Shown: piece by piece, positions 9,873 to 20,954 of the stretch
How the letters are laid out: every line of letters begins with the position of its first letter
Position numbering within the stretch: the stretch's first letter is position 1
Virus record (IMG/VR): IMGVR_UViG_2061766007_004243
Direction: 5' to 3' (one strand)
DNA: 64,000 bases
Source of the DNA: an uncultured virus (IMG/VR IMGVR_UViG_2061766007_004243)
Taxonomy: Duplodnaviria > Heunggongvirae > Uroviricota > Caudoviricetes
Program-made: the position numbers and the translations under genes
The notes under the pieces: generated by a model
Database searches by the model: none
Told to the model about the DNA's origin: nothing
The model's input: only the letters and a program-made list of their open reading frames with translations

Positions 9873-11300
9873 ATGAGCAAAAAACCCAATCTCGTGTTCA
9901 TACTGAGCGACCAGCACCGTTTCTGCGATTCAGGGTTTATGGGCAACACCCAACTCAGTACTCCCTGCCTGGACCGGCTGGCAGCGGGCGGAGCTGTTTT
10001 CGAGCATGCGTATTCAAACTGTCCTGTCTGCGTCCCCGCCAGAGGTACATTGCTGACGGGTCTGCATGCTTTTAATCACGGTGCCGCAGCAAATGATATG
10101 AGTTTAGCCGTCACCCGCGGCATAGGCAATTCATTATCAGAAGCAGGCTATCGTACCGCCTACATAGGCAAGTGGAATCTTGGCGGCGTACCCAGGGACA
10201 GATATATAGACAGGAATGAGCGGTTGGGTTTTGAGTTCTGGAGAGCCAATAACTGCTGTCACGACTATATGCATTCCTATTACTTTGATAATGACAATGT
10301 CCGGCACGAAATAGACGGATACAGCCCCATTGGCTTTACTGACATAGCGCTATCATACATTAAGGAGCAGGCATCTGGCAAAAAACCGTTTGCCATGTTT
10401 CTCAGTTACTCTCCGCCTCATGATCCTTACCTTCTGATGCCGCCGGAAGACGTCGCATTGTGCGAAACAAGGGCGCCGCATGTCCGTCTCCGAAGAAATG
10501 TGTCCGAAATAACGGAGGACAAATATGTCCCTCCCAAGGGGCACCACGCATACGGCACCACTGATCCCTGGGCTAAATACCGCAAAGAAGTGACGACCGA
10601 TAAGCTAAAAAGCGACCTTTCAGGCTATTATCGGCATATAGAAAAGCTCGACGAGCAGATGGGCAGGGTCATTGACCTGCTGAAGGAGCAGGGCATTTAC
10701 GATGACACTGTGATCGTATATACCAGCGACCATGGCAATATGCTAGGCAGCCATGGGTGCTTAAACAAGCAGTGGTACTTTGAAGAGAGTGTACGCGTCC
10801 CCTTCTTGATCAATTGGCCTGGCAAGATCACTTCCGGTCGACGGGACCAGGTTATCAGTCTGGTGGACGTGGTCCCTTCCCTGCTCGGTCTGCTGGGCAT
10901 CAGATCCAATGACAAATATGACGGTGCTGACATCAGCCGTGCTTTTCTGGATCGGGATGCTGACATGTCCAACATCGCATATCTGTACAATATCGTACCC
11001 GCGCACCAGGCATGGCGAAGGGAGATATTTTCATGGAGAGCGATAACCGACGGCCATATCGTTTATGTTGCCAACCAAGATGCCTCTCCTCTGGCTATGT
11101 ACGACCTGGATACTGATCCGTATGAGTTCAACAATCTGCTTCCATCCAACCCGTTCGCGGGTGGGAACCTTAAACAACTGCTTGAGATCGAGGTAAACAA
11201 ATACGACGGCTTCCTGCCATGGCAGGATTTGCTTAGGAACTATGGTCTGGCAGATGAGTGGAACAAGAGTCAAGCGCATTTTGGCTATCCCACGCTCTGA
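9873..11300 (+). CDS. Cys-type (formylglycine-dependent) sulfatase
   Basis: PNLVFILSDQ, CVPARGTLLTG (CxPxR), GKW, PHDP, SDHG. Confidence 0.93.
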   Translation: MSKKPNLVFILSDQHRFCDSGFMGNTQLSTPCLDRLAAGGAVFEHAYSNCPVCVPARGTLLTGLHAFNHGAAANDMSLAVTRGIGNSLSEAGYRTAYIGKWNLGGVPRDRYIDRNERLGFEFWRANNCCHDYMHSYYFDNDNVRHEIDGYSPIGFTDIALSYIKEQASGKKPFAMFLSYSPPHDPYLLMPPEDVALCETRAPHVRLRRNVSEITEDKYVPPKGHHAYGTTDPWAKYRKEVTTDKLKSDLSGYYRHIEKLDEQMGRVIDLLKEQGIYDDTVIVYTSDHGNMLGSHGCLNKQWYFEESVRVPFLINWPGKITSGRRDQVISLVDVVPSLLGLLGIRSNDKYDGADISRAFLDRDADMSNIAYLYNIVPAHQAWRREIFSWRAITDGHIVYVANQDASPLAMYDLDTDPYEFNNLLPSNPFAGGNLKQLLEIEVNKYDGFLPWQDLLRNYGLADEWNKSQAHFGYPTL

Positions 11301-11318
11301 AAAGAGGAGAATTCTTAG

Positions 11319-11882
11319 ATGATTCTGTATATAAATGCCTGTGCAAGGAAGGTATCCCGTACAAAAAGGCTGGCAGACTGCCTTCTCAAACGTTTTACAG
11401 ACAGTGTAAAGGAAGTCAGGCTTTATGAAACCGCACTACCGAAAACCGATGACGCGTTCATCTCATGGCGGATAGAGCAAAGCGCGAAAGGCGACTTTTC
11501 TTCCCCAGTGTTTGATTTAGCTCAGGACTTTGCCAAAGCTGACACCATTGTGATAGCTGCCCCATACTGGGACTTGTCCTTTCCTGCTATACTAAAGCAA
11601 TACCTGGAGCATGTGTGCGTGATAGGGCTCACATTCTGTTATGATGACGACCTTCCCAAAGGCATGTGCCGGGCGAAAAAGCTGTATTATGTCACTACTG
11701 CCGGCGGCAATATCGTCAACGAAGAATACGGATTCGGATACGTTAAAGCCCTTTGTCATAATTTTTTCGGCATAGATGACTGTCAATTGATAAAAGCCGA
11801 AAACCTGGATAAAGTCGGCGTAGACGCAGGACAGATACTGAAGGATGCAATGGCTGTAATAGAATCTCTCAAACTCGATTAA
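11319..11882 (+). CDS. FMN-dependent NADH azoreductase / flavodoxin-like oxidoreductase
   Basis: ILYINAC, ADTIVIAAPYWDLSFPAILKQY, TTAGG. Confidence 0.85.
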   Translation: MILYINACARKVSRTKRLADCLLKRFTDSVKEVRLYETALPKTDDAFISWRIEQSAKGDFSSPVFDLAQDFAKADTIVIAAPYWDLSFPAILKQYLEHVCVIGLTFCYDDDLPKGMCRAKKLYYVTTAGGNIVNEEYGFGYVKALCHNFFGIDDCQLIKAENLDKVGVDAGQILKDAMAVIESLKLD

Positions 11883-12160
11883 TCACTCAAAGCCTAAGAT
11901 CTTAGCTAAGAAAAAGAACTTTGCACCATCACATAAATGTCCAATTACATCATGTACGAGTATATGAATATGATGCCCCCAGCAAATGGTGGTTATATCG
12001 AATTACTTCATTGCTGGAAATTCCGGATGATAGTGGAATAAACAATTTGACTATCACACCTCAGAAAGCCTTATTTTTCGATACTTTTTGACATGTAGCG
12101 CGTATAGTGGGGGTACATTCATAAACGTGAATCCGTTTCGCGCGCTCATATAATAAGCAT

Positions 12161-12490
12161 AATATTGATGATTTCGAGAAAAAGATCCTGAACTATATAG
12201 ACTCGCACTTGTCGTCTTCCGAATTATGTGTGCAGAGCATCATCGACGAGTTTTCGATATCAGCAACTTCCCTGCAGCGGATGATGCACCGGCTTGTCGG
12301 AAAGAGCTTCCTGGAATATGTGGACGAAGCGCGTATGCAAAGAGCGTATACATATATCACCGAGTCAGACAGATCCCTGAAAAATATCGCCGTGGACTGC
12401 GGTTATGCGAATTTCAACACCTTCTACAAAGCTTTCAAAAGGCGTTATGGATGCAGTCCCGGAAGAATCAGGCAGGGTGAATCATCTTAG
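12161..12490 (+). pseudogene. AraC HTH domain remnant with no sensor domain
   Basis: GKSFLEYV, IAVDCGYANFNTFYKAFKRRYGCSP; no clear SD or start. Confidence 0.65.
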
Positions 12491-12571
12491 AATAACCTGA
12501 TCACTAAATTTCTGAAAGCAATACAGTTTCTGCAGGCCTCAGCCGCCGATACCGCGGCTGGNNNNNNNNNN

Positions 12572-13040
12572 AGGCTTCATGAACCTCACGGCGCTTTCAA
12601 ATGCGCTGAAGGCTGAGAAGTTCACCGAAAACGACCCGGTGGTCTACCATTTCCGCATAAGCACACAGGCGGGCATCAATCCCCAGATGACGCATCCGTT
12701 CCCGCTTTCAAATCAGCCCGGGCACATGAAAGCGCTGGACGTGGACTGCAGGTGCGGGATAGCACACAACGGCATCATCGACATCACCACCGACCCGCGC
12801 AACAGGGAATACAGCGACACGGCCATATTCATTACGGACTACCTGACGCGGATCATCCGGAGACCGTCCGACCTTAAGGATGAACGGAGACTGGAGCTTA
12901 TATATAAACTGGCACAATCCAAGTTCGCCATCATGGATGGCAAAGGCTACATTGCCACAGTCGGCAGGTTCGTAAATGAAGACGGACTTCTCTACAGCAA
13001 CCTGAGTTACATACCAGCGTACACGGACCTGCCGTTCTGA
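12572..13040 (+). CDS. Class II glutamine amidotransferase (Ntn) family protein, copy 1, 5' truncated by gap
   Basis: HFRISTQ, THPF, AHNGII, SDT. Confidence 0.85.
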
Positions 13041-13071
13041 CAGGGCTTCCAAATCGAGAAGCGCATCATAT

Positions 13072-13097
13072 GCCGCCTGCGGGCGGCTTTCTTATTT
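13072..13097 (+). terminator. Rho-independent terminator after GATase
   Basis: gccgcc-tgcg-ggcggc followed by tttcttattt; same hairpin at 43548 and on the minus strand at 29098. Confidence 0.75.
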
Positions 13098-13445
13098 GCC
13101 TTGACTTAGTATGTACACAACAAGAATCAACTGTTTATTATTGAAATTGCAAGAATCAACTGTTTTTTATTGAATCTGCTATGCCTTGTCTTCAATGTGA
13201 GTATGAAAATCCTATGGCGTCCAATGCCCGGCAGTCGGTTCCCTTACTCCGACTCGTTGCCCTTAAAAAGCCGCGCCGTTTAAGGGCTTTGGAATCGGGC
13301 AGGGGTATTTCCCCTGGCAGGCCGCAAAAAGCGAACGTAGGCAAACGTGCGGGCTCACGCGGGCAAAGGAAAAGCGGTGGCGCTTTGCACCGGCGCCGCC
13401 GCTCCTGAATCAGGATTGTAGTCTTTTCTGTACCTTTAGGTAGAG

Positions 13446-13719
13446 TTACTTCGCGAACCTCAATATGTCCCTACTGATTCTTACGCCTTTGGATGTGCTT
13501 TTGAACCTGAGCACCAGCTCGCCCTCGGCAACCTTGTACACCGCGGAGAACGGCCGCTCCATCATGAAAGACAGCCCCGGGCAGCGGCGCAGCGCTTCCT
13601 TACGATAGGGTTTGAAATTCGCGCCGGTTTTCTCAGCCAGCCAGCGCACATACAGTTCCTCAAGGGTGTGCGTCTGCTCTTTCTGTATCTGTTCCCAGGC
13701 CTGCTCGCCGGGAGTGTCT
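13446..13719 (-). CDS. C-terminal fragment of the multicopy zinc-ribbon protein
   Basis: Near-identical to the C-terminus of 43713..44243. Confidence 0.75.
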
Positions 13720-14199
13720 NNNNNNNNNNGTAATACGCGATTCATAATTTTTTAATATTCCCGAATAGTCTCAGCTGCTGGGACCAAGATTTGGCCGTTT
13801 ATGGGCTCCAAAAGTGCACATCCTGCATTTAGTAGATCCATGACGGTCTTTTTTTCGCCAAAAGCCTTTTTTTCTGCAGTTTTCAAATTGTTAAGCCCCT
13901 CATTTATGGTGCCAGCTGCTGAGACTGACAAGCGCCATTCAAAAGGATATCCTTTAGTCAACGACAAGCGATCAGCTCAATATCCTGATCTCCTGTGAAA
14001 TAAATCTCAAAGCCTGAGATGCGCATTAAGGCGGCGGGATGCATACGGAGCAAGGAAACGGGAAACCGTTCCCCCACACCGGTGCACTCCACCGTGCCTT
14101 GTCATGCCTTCCCAGGGCGCAGCCGGCCGGTGACAGTGCGTCACTGACCGGCTCTTTATGTGTCCCCCGCCTATATGCCCCGGGCGGAAAGGACACATC

Positions 14200-14724
14200 A
14201 TGAAAACTAGCTCCTGTAACAGACAATTCTTCTATCCCGTCCGCGACGCTCGGGACCCTTACAAGGTCCGCCTTGAGCCGATCCCTGAGCACATCTATCA
14301 CCGTATCATGCCGGATATCTGGATGACGCAAAAGCGCATGCAGCGCAGTTGCCGTTGCACCTGCCCAAAGTCAATGCTCTGGGCCTGTGATTCCGATTGT
14401 GATTTCTGCCCCTATCATGCAGCCGATAACATGCTCGACTTTGATGCACCCGTTAAAGATGCTGAAGACCTGACCATTGGCGAAACGCTGGTAGACGTCA
14501 CACCATCCCCAGAATACATCTTTATGAATAAGGAGTTGATTGAAGCACTCTACGACGAGCTAGAAAAGCTCGACCCAGACAGCAGGCGCATCTGCGAACT
14601 CATCATGCAGGGCAAGTCTGAGCGCGAGATCGCTGCCGACATGGGGAAACGCCAGTCCACCATCAACTACCGAAAAAATAAGGTATTTTTCATTCTTCGT
14701 GAAGCTCTGAAAGACCTCATCTAA
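14200..14724 (+). CDS. Sigma70 region-4 / ECF-like HTH protein with Cys cluster
   Basis: CTCPK..CDSDCDFCPY; LEKLDP..GKSEREIAADMGKRQSTINYRK; SD gaaagga. Confidence 0.8.
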   Translation: MKTSSCNRQFFYPVRDARDPYKVRLEPIPEHIYHRIMPDIWMTQKRMQRSCRCTCPKSMLWACDSDCDFCPYHAADNMLDFDAPVKDAEDLTIGETLVDVTPSPEYIFMNKELIEALYDELEKLDPDSRRICELIMQGKSEREIAADMGKRQSTINYRKNKVFFILREALKDLI

Positions 14725-14888
14725 CACCTCAATTTGACCTCCGTAAAGACAATTCTTAGGCAGGCAAGCTTATTTTCTAATTATTTCGTTCAAAATTGCC
14801 TGTTTTGTCCAGTAAGTATTGAGGACACCAAAACAACACTGGTCCTCAGAAAGGAGGAACCACTATTGAGTGAGTACGAATGCCAGCC

Positions 14889-15038
14889 ATGGGAACGAAC
14901 GCGTTCAGGCTGCATGAGCACATGTTGTACAAGCCAGAGGTCAAAAAACTCCTGAGCGTCGGACAGGAGATCCCAGGCTGCGCGGTAATCGAGAACCGTT
15001 CCCGCAGCCTTAATAAAGGAGGAAGCAATAAATGCTGA
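14889..15038 (+). pseudogene. Remnant resembling the C-terminus of siphovirus Gp157 family
   Basis: YKPEVKKLLSVGQEIPGCAVIENRS immediately upstream of the Sak4-like ATPase, its usual position. Confidence 0.45.
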
Positions 15039-16075
15039 ATATCACATCGGGACGCGTGGCGCGTCCCCAGAAACTGGTGATCTACGGAGTCGAGGGTATA
15101 GGCAAGACCAGCCTCGCCGCGCAGACCCCCGAACCGCTGTTCATTGACACCGAAGGCGGCACCGCGCACCTGGACGTACGCCGCCTGCAGAAGCCGCAGA
15201 ACTGGAGCGAGCTCATTTCGCTCATAAACGAAGTGGCGCAGACTCTGGAGGTGTGCCGTACCCTGGTGATCGACACCGCAGACTGGGCGGAACAGATGGC
15301 CATAGACCATATCTGCCAGAAGTACAAGCAGCCCGGACTGGAGTCATTCGGTTACGGTAAGGGCTATACCTTCCTGGCAGAAGAGTTCTCCCGCATGCTG
15401 GCCGCCTGCGACGACGTGATACTGTCTGGGAAGAACGTGGTCATCACCGCTCATGCCAGGCAGCGCCGGGTAGAACTGCCCGATGAGACCGGAGGTTTTG
15501 ACGTATGGGGGCTTAAGCTCTCCAAGCAGTGCGCCCCGCTGCTCAAGGAATGGCCCGACGCGCTGCTGTTCATCAACTATAAGACCTATGTAGTCGCTAC
15601 GGATACCAACAGCCACAAGGCCCAGGGCGGCAAGCGCGTGATCTACACCAGCCACAGCCCCGTATGGGACGCTAAGAACCGTCATGACCTGCCTGAGGAA
15701 ATGGAGCTTAAGTACGAGAACATCGCACCCATATTCGGAGACACTTCTGTCGCGTCAGCGCTGGGCACACAGTCACGGACGGCAGCCGATACCCAGCGCG
15801 CAACCGCCGATCCCGCACAGCCTGCACCAGCTTCCAAAGACACCCAGCAGCTTGCGACAGTTACTCCCGAAACGCTGGCTACGCTCAGGGAATGGATGAC
15901 GAAAGCGGGCGTGGACGACAGTGACCTAAAGCGACTGGTTTCCCAGAAGGGCCACTTCTCCGCCGATACGCCCATAGACCGTTATCCCGAGAAGTTCGTC
16001 ACTGACTGGCTCATGCACAACTGGTCGCGGGTGGTCACCGCTATTCACAATGACCCCGAATATACTCCATTCTAA
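15032..16075 (+). CDS. Phage AAA_24 / Sak4-like ATPase (recombination)
   Basis: IYGVEGIGKTS, FIDTEGG, LVIDTADW, GYGKGY, AKNRH. Confidence 0.88.
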   Translation: MLNITSGRVARPQKLVIYGVEGIGKTSLAAQTPEPLFIDTEGGTAHLDVRRLQKPQNWSELISLINEVAQTLEVCRTLVIDTADWAEQMAIDHICQKYKQPGLESFGYGKGYTFLAEEFSRMLAACDDVILSGKNVVITAHARQRRVELPDETGGFDVWGLKLSKQCAPLLKEWPDALLFINYKTYVVATDTNSHKAQGGKRVIYTSHSPVWDAKNRHDLPEEMELKYENIAPIFGDTSVASALGTQSRTAADTQRATADPAQPAPASKDTQQLATVTPETLATLREWMTKAGVDDSDLKRLVSQKGHFSADTPIDRYPEKFVTDWLMHNWSRVVTAIHNDPEYTPF

Positions 16076-16110
16076 ATTCACACGATCAGTAACAGGAGGA
16101 AAACACACAT

Positions 16111-16590
16111 ATGGCACAAGATAACAGGATAATGGATTGGAACGATACCATTCAGGATGACGGCAGGGAATTCATCATCCTGCCCGAAGGCGATTACTAT
16201 TTTACCGTAACGGATTTCGAGCGCGCGCGTTTTCCCGGCTCCGCCAAGATCCCCGCTTGCAATAAGGCTACGCTGTCCCTGGACATAGATAACGATAAGG
16301 GCATCGCTACTGCGCGCGTCGACCTTATACTCTACCGCACTCTTGAATGGAGGATAGCATCCTTCTTCCGCTCCATAGGCATGAAGAAGCACGGCGAGCA
16401 GGTGGTCATGGACTGGACTAAAGTCGTGGGCGCCAGGGGCAAAGCGCACATAAAGCCGCGCTCATATACGGGTAAGAACGGCGAAGAACGCCAGGCCAAC
16501 AATGTGGAGAACTTTATTGACTGCGACGATCCCAAGGGCCTGGTGGAAACCAAGGATCCTGAACTGCCCTGGGGCAACAGCGGCTTCTGA
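16111..16590 (+). CDS. DUF669-like single-stranded DNA-binding protein
   Basis: FIILPEGDY, FFRSIG, acidic/aromatic tail ELPW; follows Sak4-like gene. Confidence 0.75.
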   Translation: MAQDNRIMDWNDTIQDDGREFIILPEGDYYFTVTDFERARFPGSAKIPACNKATLSLDIDNDKGIATARVDLILYRTLEWRIASFFRSIGMKKHGEQVVMDWTKVVGARGKAHIKPRSYTGKNGEERQANNVENFIDCDDPKGLVETKDPELPWGNSGF

Positions 16591-16640
16591 TGCCGATCAT
16601 GTGCCCCGTTACAGTCAACAGAGTTATCAAGGAGGAGAAT

Positions 16641-17072
16641 ATGCAGAATACCATAAGCCCAAATAGGAAAAAAGAATTGATCAAGTTCCTTTTCAACGCC
16701 AAGCTCGAAGAGCTCAAAAAGGGAGATAGCAAAGCAGTCCAGACACTTGACGACGCGATTCATTTTGCCAGCCTTGACCCTGCAGATCCGGAATATGCCG
16801 AAAAACTTCTCAAGCTCAGAAAACGGATGCGTCTTCATGAGCTCATAACGAAAGCTGAGGAAGCTATCAAAGCAACGGGAGATCCCTTGTGTTTTGATGA
16901 CGCGTATACAGCCATCTGCGAAGTCATCGAATCGGCAGCCGCGCGCTTTGCCGGTAAACCCTGTCCCAAACACGCGGCGGATCTGCTCGGACTTATACGT
17001 TGCCGGGATCTGCTGTTAGAATCCGAGCCCATCGTCTATGAGGTCTGTGACGGCGGGGAGGCTGGGAGCTGA
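16641..17072 (+). CDS. Hypothetical protein
   Basis: AAGGAGG SD before MQNT; stop overlaps helicase start. Confidence 0.7.
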   Translation: MQNTISPNRKKELIKFLFNAKLEELKKGDSKAVQTLDDAIHFASLDPADPEYAEKLLKLRKRMRLHELITKAEEAIKATGDPLCFDDAYTAICEVIESAAARFAGKPCPKHAADLLGLIRCRDLLLESEPIVYEVCDGGEAGS

Positions 17073-18658
17073 TGGCCATAGAGCTTAGGCCATACCAGGC
17101 CGAAGCCCGGGACGCGATACTCAAGGAGTGGTCGGAGGGCCGGAAGCGCACGCTGCTGGTGCTTCCGACCGGCTGCGGGAAGACGGTGTGCTTCGCCGCC
17201 GTCATAAAGGAACACTTAGCCGACGGCGGCAGGGCGCTGGTGATGGCGCACAGGGGCGAGCTGCTTGACCAGGCGGCGGACAAGATAAAGCAGGTCACAG
17301 GCATCGACTGCGCTTACGAGATAGCGGACAGGTCTTCCCTGGACAGTCCGCTCCCGGTCACCGTAGGCTCCGTGCAGTCCCTGTGCAGGGAGAGCAGGCT
17401 GGAACGTTTCCCCAAAGACTACTTCTCCACCATAGTAGTTGACGAGGCGCACCACTGCCTGTCGGATTCCTATCAGCGGATACTCAGGCACTTTAATACA
17501 GCGAATGTGCTGGGCGTGACCGCTACGGCTGACAGGGCGGACAAGAAGAGCCTCAGCCTGTATTTCGACAGCCTGGCGTATGAGTACACGCTCATACAGG
17601 CGGTAAAGGAGCATTATCTCTGCCCCATAAAGGCGGAGATGGTCTCCCTGGAGCTGGACATGAGAAACGTAAGGGAAAGCAACGGTGATTATGATCTTGC
17701 GGATATAGTCGTGGCCCTGGACCCGTACCTGTGGCAGATAGCCGGGATCATAGCCGAAAAGTTCGCTGACAGAAAAACGGTAGTGTTCCTGCCCCTCATA
17801 AACATCTCCCAGCGCTTCTGCGAAATGCTGCGTATGCACGGCGTGCCCGCCGCCGAAGTGAACGGCACGAGCACGGACCGCGGGGAGATACTCCGTAATT
17901 TCGAAAAAGGGCAATACTCCGTGCTGTGCAACAGTATGCTGCTGACCGAAGGCTGGGACTGTCCCGCGGTGGACTGCATAGTGATACTGCGGCCCACGAA
18001 GATACGGAGCCTGTACCAGCAGATGGTGGGACGGGGCATGCGGCTGTATCCGGGCAAGGAAGAGCTGTTGCTGTTGGACTTCCTGTGGCTGACTGAAAAG
18101 CACGACCTGTGCAGGCCTTCATCGCTGTTATCCAAGGATGAGGCCATAGCCGCTGAAATGGACCGCCTGCTCAGGGGTTCTCCGTATCCCATGGACATAC
18201 TGGAAGCGGAGGAACAGGCCCAGCGCAACGCGCTGGCCGAACGCGAGAATACCCTGGCCAAACGGCTGCATGAACTTAGAAGAGTCACGAAGACCGTGCA
18301 GGTGGATCCTCTGCAGTACGCCATGTCAATAGCGGACTGCGACCTGGCTTCATATGTGCCAACGTTCGCTTGGGAAATGGGTCCGCCCAGCCAGAAGCAG
18401 ATCGAGTTCCTGGAGAAACGGGGCATACTCGCTGCCTCTGTGGATAACGCGGGCAAGGCGCGCATACTCATCGACCGGCTCATACGCCGGCAGCAGGCCG
18501 GACTGTCTACTCCCAAACAGATCCGCTGCCTGGAGCGCTACGGTTTTAAGCAGGTAGGCACATGGACGTTCAGGCAGGCGGGAGATATGCTCACCCGACT
18601 CCAGCACAACAACTGGCGCTTACCGCAGGGATTCAGCGCCGCCAATTACAGACCGTAA
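17072..18658 (+). CDS. SF2 DEAD/DEAH-box helicase (Res/Irc3-like)
   Basis: LRPYQ, PTGCGKT, DEAHH, TAT, LTEGWD, QMVGRG. Confidence 0.92.
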   Translation: MAIELRPYQAEARDAILKEWSEGRKRTLLVLPTGCGKTVCFAAVIKEHLADGGRALVMAHRGELLDQAADKIKQVTGIDCAYEIADRSSLDSPLPVTVGSVQSLCRESRLERFPKDYFSTIVVDEAHHCLSDSYQRILRHFNTANVLGVTATADRADKKSLSLYFDSLAYEYTLIQAVKEHYLCPIKAEMVSLELDMRNVRESNGDYDLADIVVALDPYLWQIAGIIAEKFADRKTVVFLPLINISQRFCEMLRMHGVPAAEVNGTSTDRGEILRNFEKGQYSVLCNSMLLTEGWDCPAVDCIVILRPTKIRSLYQQMVGRGMRLYPGKEELLLLDFLWLTEKHDLCRPSSLLSKDEAIAAEMDRLLRGSPYPMDILEAEEQAQRNALAERENTLAKRLHELRRVTKTVQVDPLQYAMSIADCDLASYVPTFAWEMGPPSQKQIEFLEKRGILAASVDNAGKARILIDRLIRRQQAGLSTPKQIRCLERYGFKQVGTWTFRQAGDMLTRLQHNNWRLPQGFSAANYRP

Positions 18659-18779
18659 GCCCATACGGTAAGGAAAGGCTATGTACAATGATCACAACCA
18701 TAATACCAGACAAGGACCATAAACACAACATATACACGAACACGAAATAAGATAGGACTGAAAACAGGAGGACACTGAT

Positions 18780-20771
18780 TTGGACAATATACTATCCGCG
18801 TTAAACAGCATTAGCTGTGCCGAAGTGGACTACAGCACCTGGGTACAGATAGGCATGGCGCTAAAGGCCGAGGGCATGGACGTGAGCATATGGGACGAGT
18901 GGAGCCGCACGGACAGTAAGCGCTATCACCCGGGAGAGTGCGCGAGGCGCTGGGACACGTTCCACGGCAGCGACGCTCCCGTGACAGGCGCTACCATAAT
19001 CAAGCTGGCCAGGGACCGGGGCTGGTCGCTGTATCAGGGCGACGCCGGGATCATGGACTGGAACGACGTCATCGCGTATGACGGCAGCGGCAGCGATTAT
19101 GAGACAGAATACATAAGCACACCAACTGAGGATCTCATACTGTATCTGGAAACGCTGTTCGTTACCGATGATCACGTAGGCTACGTCACCAACGACGCGT
19201 GGCAGACAGATGATGGCAAGTGGGTGCCCTCAAAAGGCGTATACGACCGCACGGCCGGCGAGCTCATCGAATCCTTGCGCAGTCACCCGGACGATTTAGG
19301 CGCTACTGTGGGCGACTGGAAGCCCGAGGCAGGCGCATGGATACGTTTTAACCCATTAGACGGCAACGGAGTCAAGAACGAAAACGTGACCAAGTTCCGC
19401 TACGCCCTGGTCGAATCGGATTCCATGCCGCTCAATGAACAGATCGCCATGTACCGGAAACTGGAGCTGCCCATTGCAGCACTGGTATCAAGCGCCGGAA
19501 AGAGCGTGCACGCTATAGTACATATCGATGCCCAGGACATACAGGAATACAGGAAGCGAGTGACCTTCCTCTACGATTTCCTCGCGTCCCACGGCGTAAA
19601 GGTAGACACCCAGAACCGCAATCCCAGCCGTTTATCACGTATGCCAGGAGCCACACGCAACGGACAGGTACAGAAACTGCTGGGGATTAACATGGGCCGA
19701 AAATCCTGGGTGGACTGGATGGACTTCGTGGAAGGCGTAACGGATGAACTCCCGGGCTTCTCCACACTGGCCGAGGCAATGGAGCATCCGCTGCCCCTGC
19801 CCGAGGAGCTCATACAGGGTGTGCTCAGGCGCGGACATAAGATGCTCATATCCGGGAGCAGCAAAGCGGGCAAGTCGTTCCTGCTTATGGAACTGTGCAT
19901 AGCACTGGCGGAAGGGAAACCCTGGCTGGGATTCCCGTGCAAAAAGAGCAGGGTACTGTACGTCAACCTGGAGATCGATCCCGCATCGTGCATAAACAGA
20001 TTTATGAAGATATACAAGGCATTGGGATACGATCATACACACAGCAAAGACATCATCATCTGGAACCTGAGGGGCCACGCGGTGCCGCTGGACCAGCTGG
20101 TGCCGAAACTCATCCGCCGAGTGCGCGACCAGCATCTGGACGCCATTGTGATCGACCCCATATACAAGGTCATAACCGGCGATGAGAACAGTGCTTCGGA
20201 CATGGCTATGTTCTGCAACCAGTTCGACCGCATATGCAATGAGACCGGATGTTCAACCATCTACTGCCATCACCACAGCAAGGGCGCCCAGGGCATGAAG
20301 CGCGCCATGGACAGGGCGAGCGGCTCCGGTGTGTTCGCAAGAGACCCCGACGCTCAGCTGGATATGATCGAACTGGAGATGTCCGACGCCACGCGCAATC
20401 TGCTGGCAGAACAGGGGGCAAGCGCGTGGAGGCTCGAGGCCAGTTTAAGGGAATTCAAACCGTTCAAGCCCGTGGACTTCTGGTTCCGCTATCCCATACA
20501 CAGCCTGGATACTACGGGGGAGCTGGCGGAGCTGCCCGCGATCGGGACTGCTTCCGCGGGCAGGCTGCGCAACAAAAAGTCAAAGACCGCGAAAGAATGC
20601 GCGGATGAATTCCGCCTTGCCTATGACAGTGAGAACCTGGACGGCGACGGCGTATCAGTAAAGGACATGGCCGCGCATATGGATCTGGCTGAGCGGACAG
20701 TGCGCGACAGGGTAAAGAAAATGGACGGCGAGTTCGTGCTGGATGACGGCATGATAAGACGGGTCCAATAG
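18780..20771 (+). CDS. Phage primase-helicase (PriCT-2-like N-terminus + AAA_25/RepA-like helicase)
   Basis: WVQIGMALK..WDEWS, GKSVHA, SRLSRMPG, GSSKAGKS, IVIDP, HHHSKG, SGSG. Confidence 0.88.
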   Translation: MDNILSALNSISCAEVDYSTWVQIGMALKAEGMDVSIWDEWSRTDSKRYHPGECARRWDTFHGSDAPVTGATIIKLARDRGWSLYQGDAGIMDWNDVIAYDGSGSDYETEYISTPTEDLILYLETLFVTDDHVGYVTNDAWQTDDGKWVPSKGVYDRTAGELIESLRSHPDDLGATVGDWKPEAGAWIRFNPLDGNGVKNENVTKFRYALVESDSMPLNEQIAMYRKLELPIAALVSSAGKSVHAIVHIDAQDIQEYRKRVTFLYDFLASHGVKVDTQNRNPSRLSRMPGATRNGQVQKLLGINMGRKSWVDWMDFVEGVTDELPGFSTLAEAMEHPLPLPEELIQGVLRRGHKMLISGSSKAGKSFLLMELCIALAEGKPWLGFPCKKSRVLYVNLEIDPASCINRFMKIYKALGYDHTHSKDIIIWNLRGHAVPLDQLVPKLIRRVRDQHLDAIVIDPIYKVITGDENSASDMAMFCNQFDRICNETGCSTIYCHHHSKGAQGMKRAMDRASGSGVFARDPDAQLDMIELEMSDATRNLLAEQGASAWRLEASLREFKPFKPVDFWFRYPIHSLDTTGELAELPAIGTASAGRLRNKKSKTAKECADEFRLAYDSENLDGDGVSVKDMAAHMDLAERTVRDRVKKMDGEFVLDDGMIRRVQ

Positions 20772-20954
20772 CCCGCGTTATTTGATGGCGGCGGCGGTAT
20801 GTATATGTATCCATATACATGGATGGATAGACATCCCTCCAGTAGGGGGAGGGAATAAATCCCCCTCCCCCTTACGGGATGTCAAATGACTTCCCAGTCC
20901 GCTTCTTAAAACAAAAAAGACCTCCGCCGCCAATGCAATGAAAGGAGATTTGAT

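Noticed and set aside
13730..14000. AT-rich short ORFs upstream of the sigma-like gene
   Set aside because: No SD or recognisable motif and frames are interrupted; probably a decayed gene that I cannot assign
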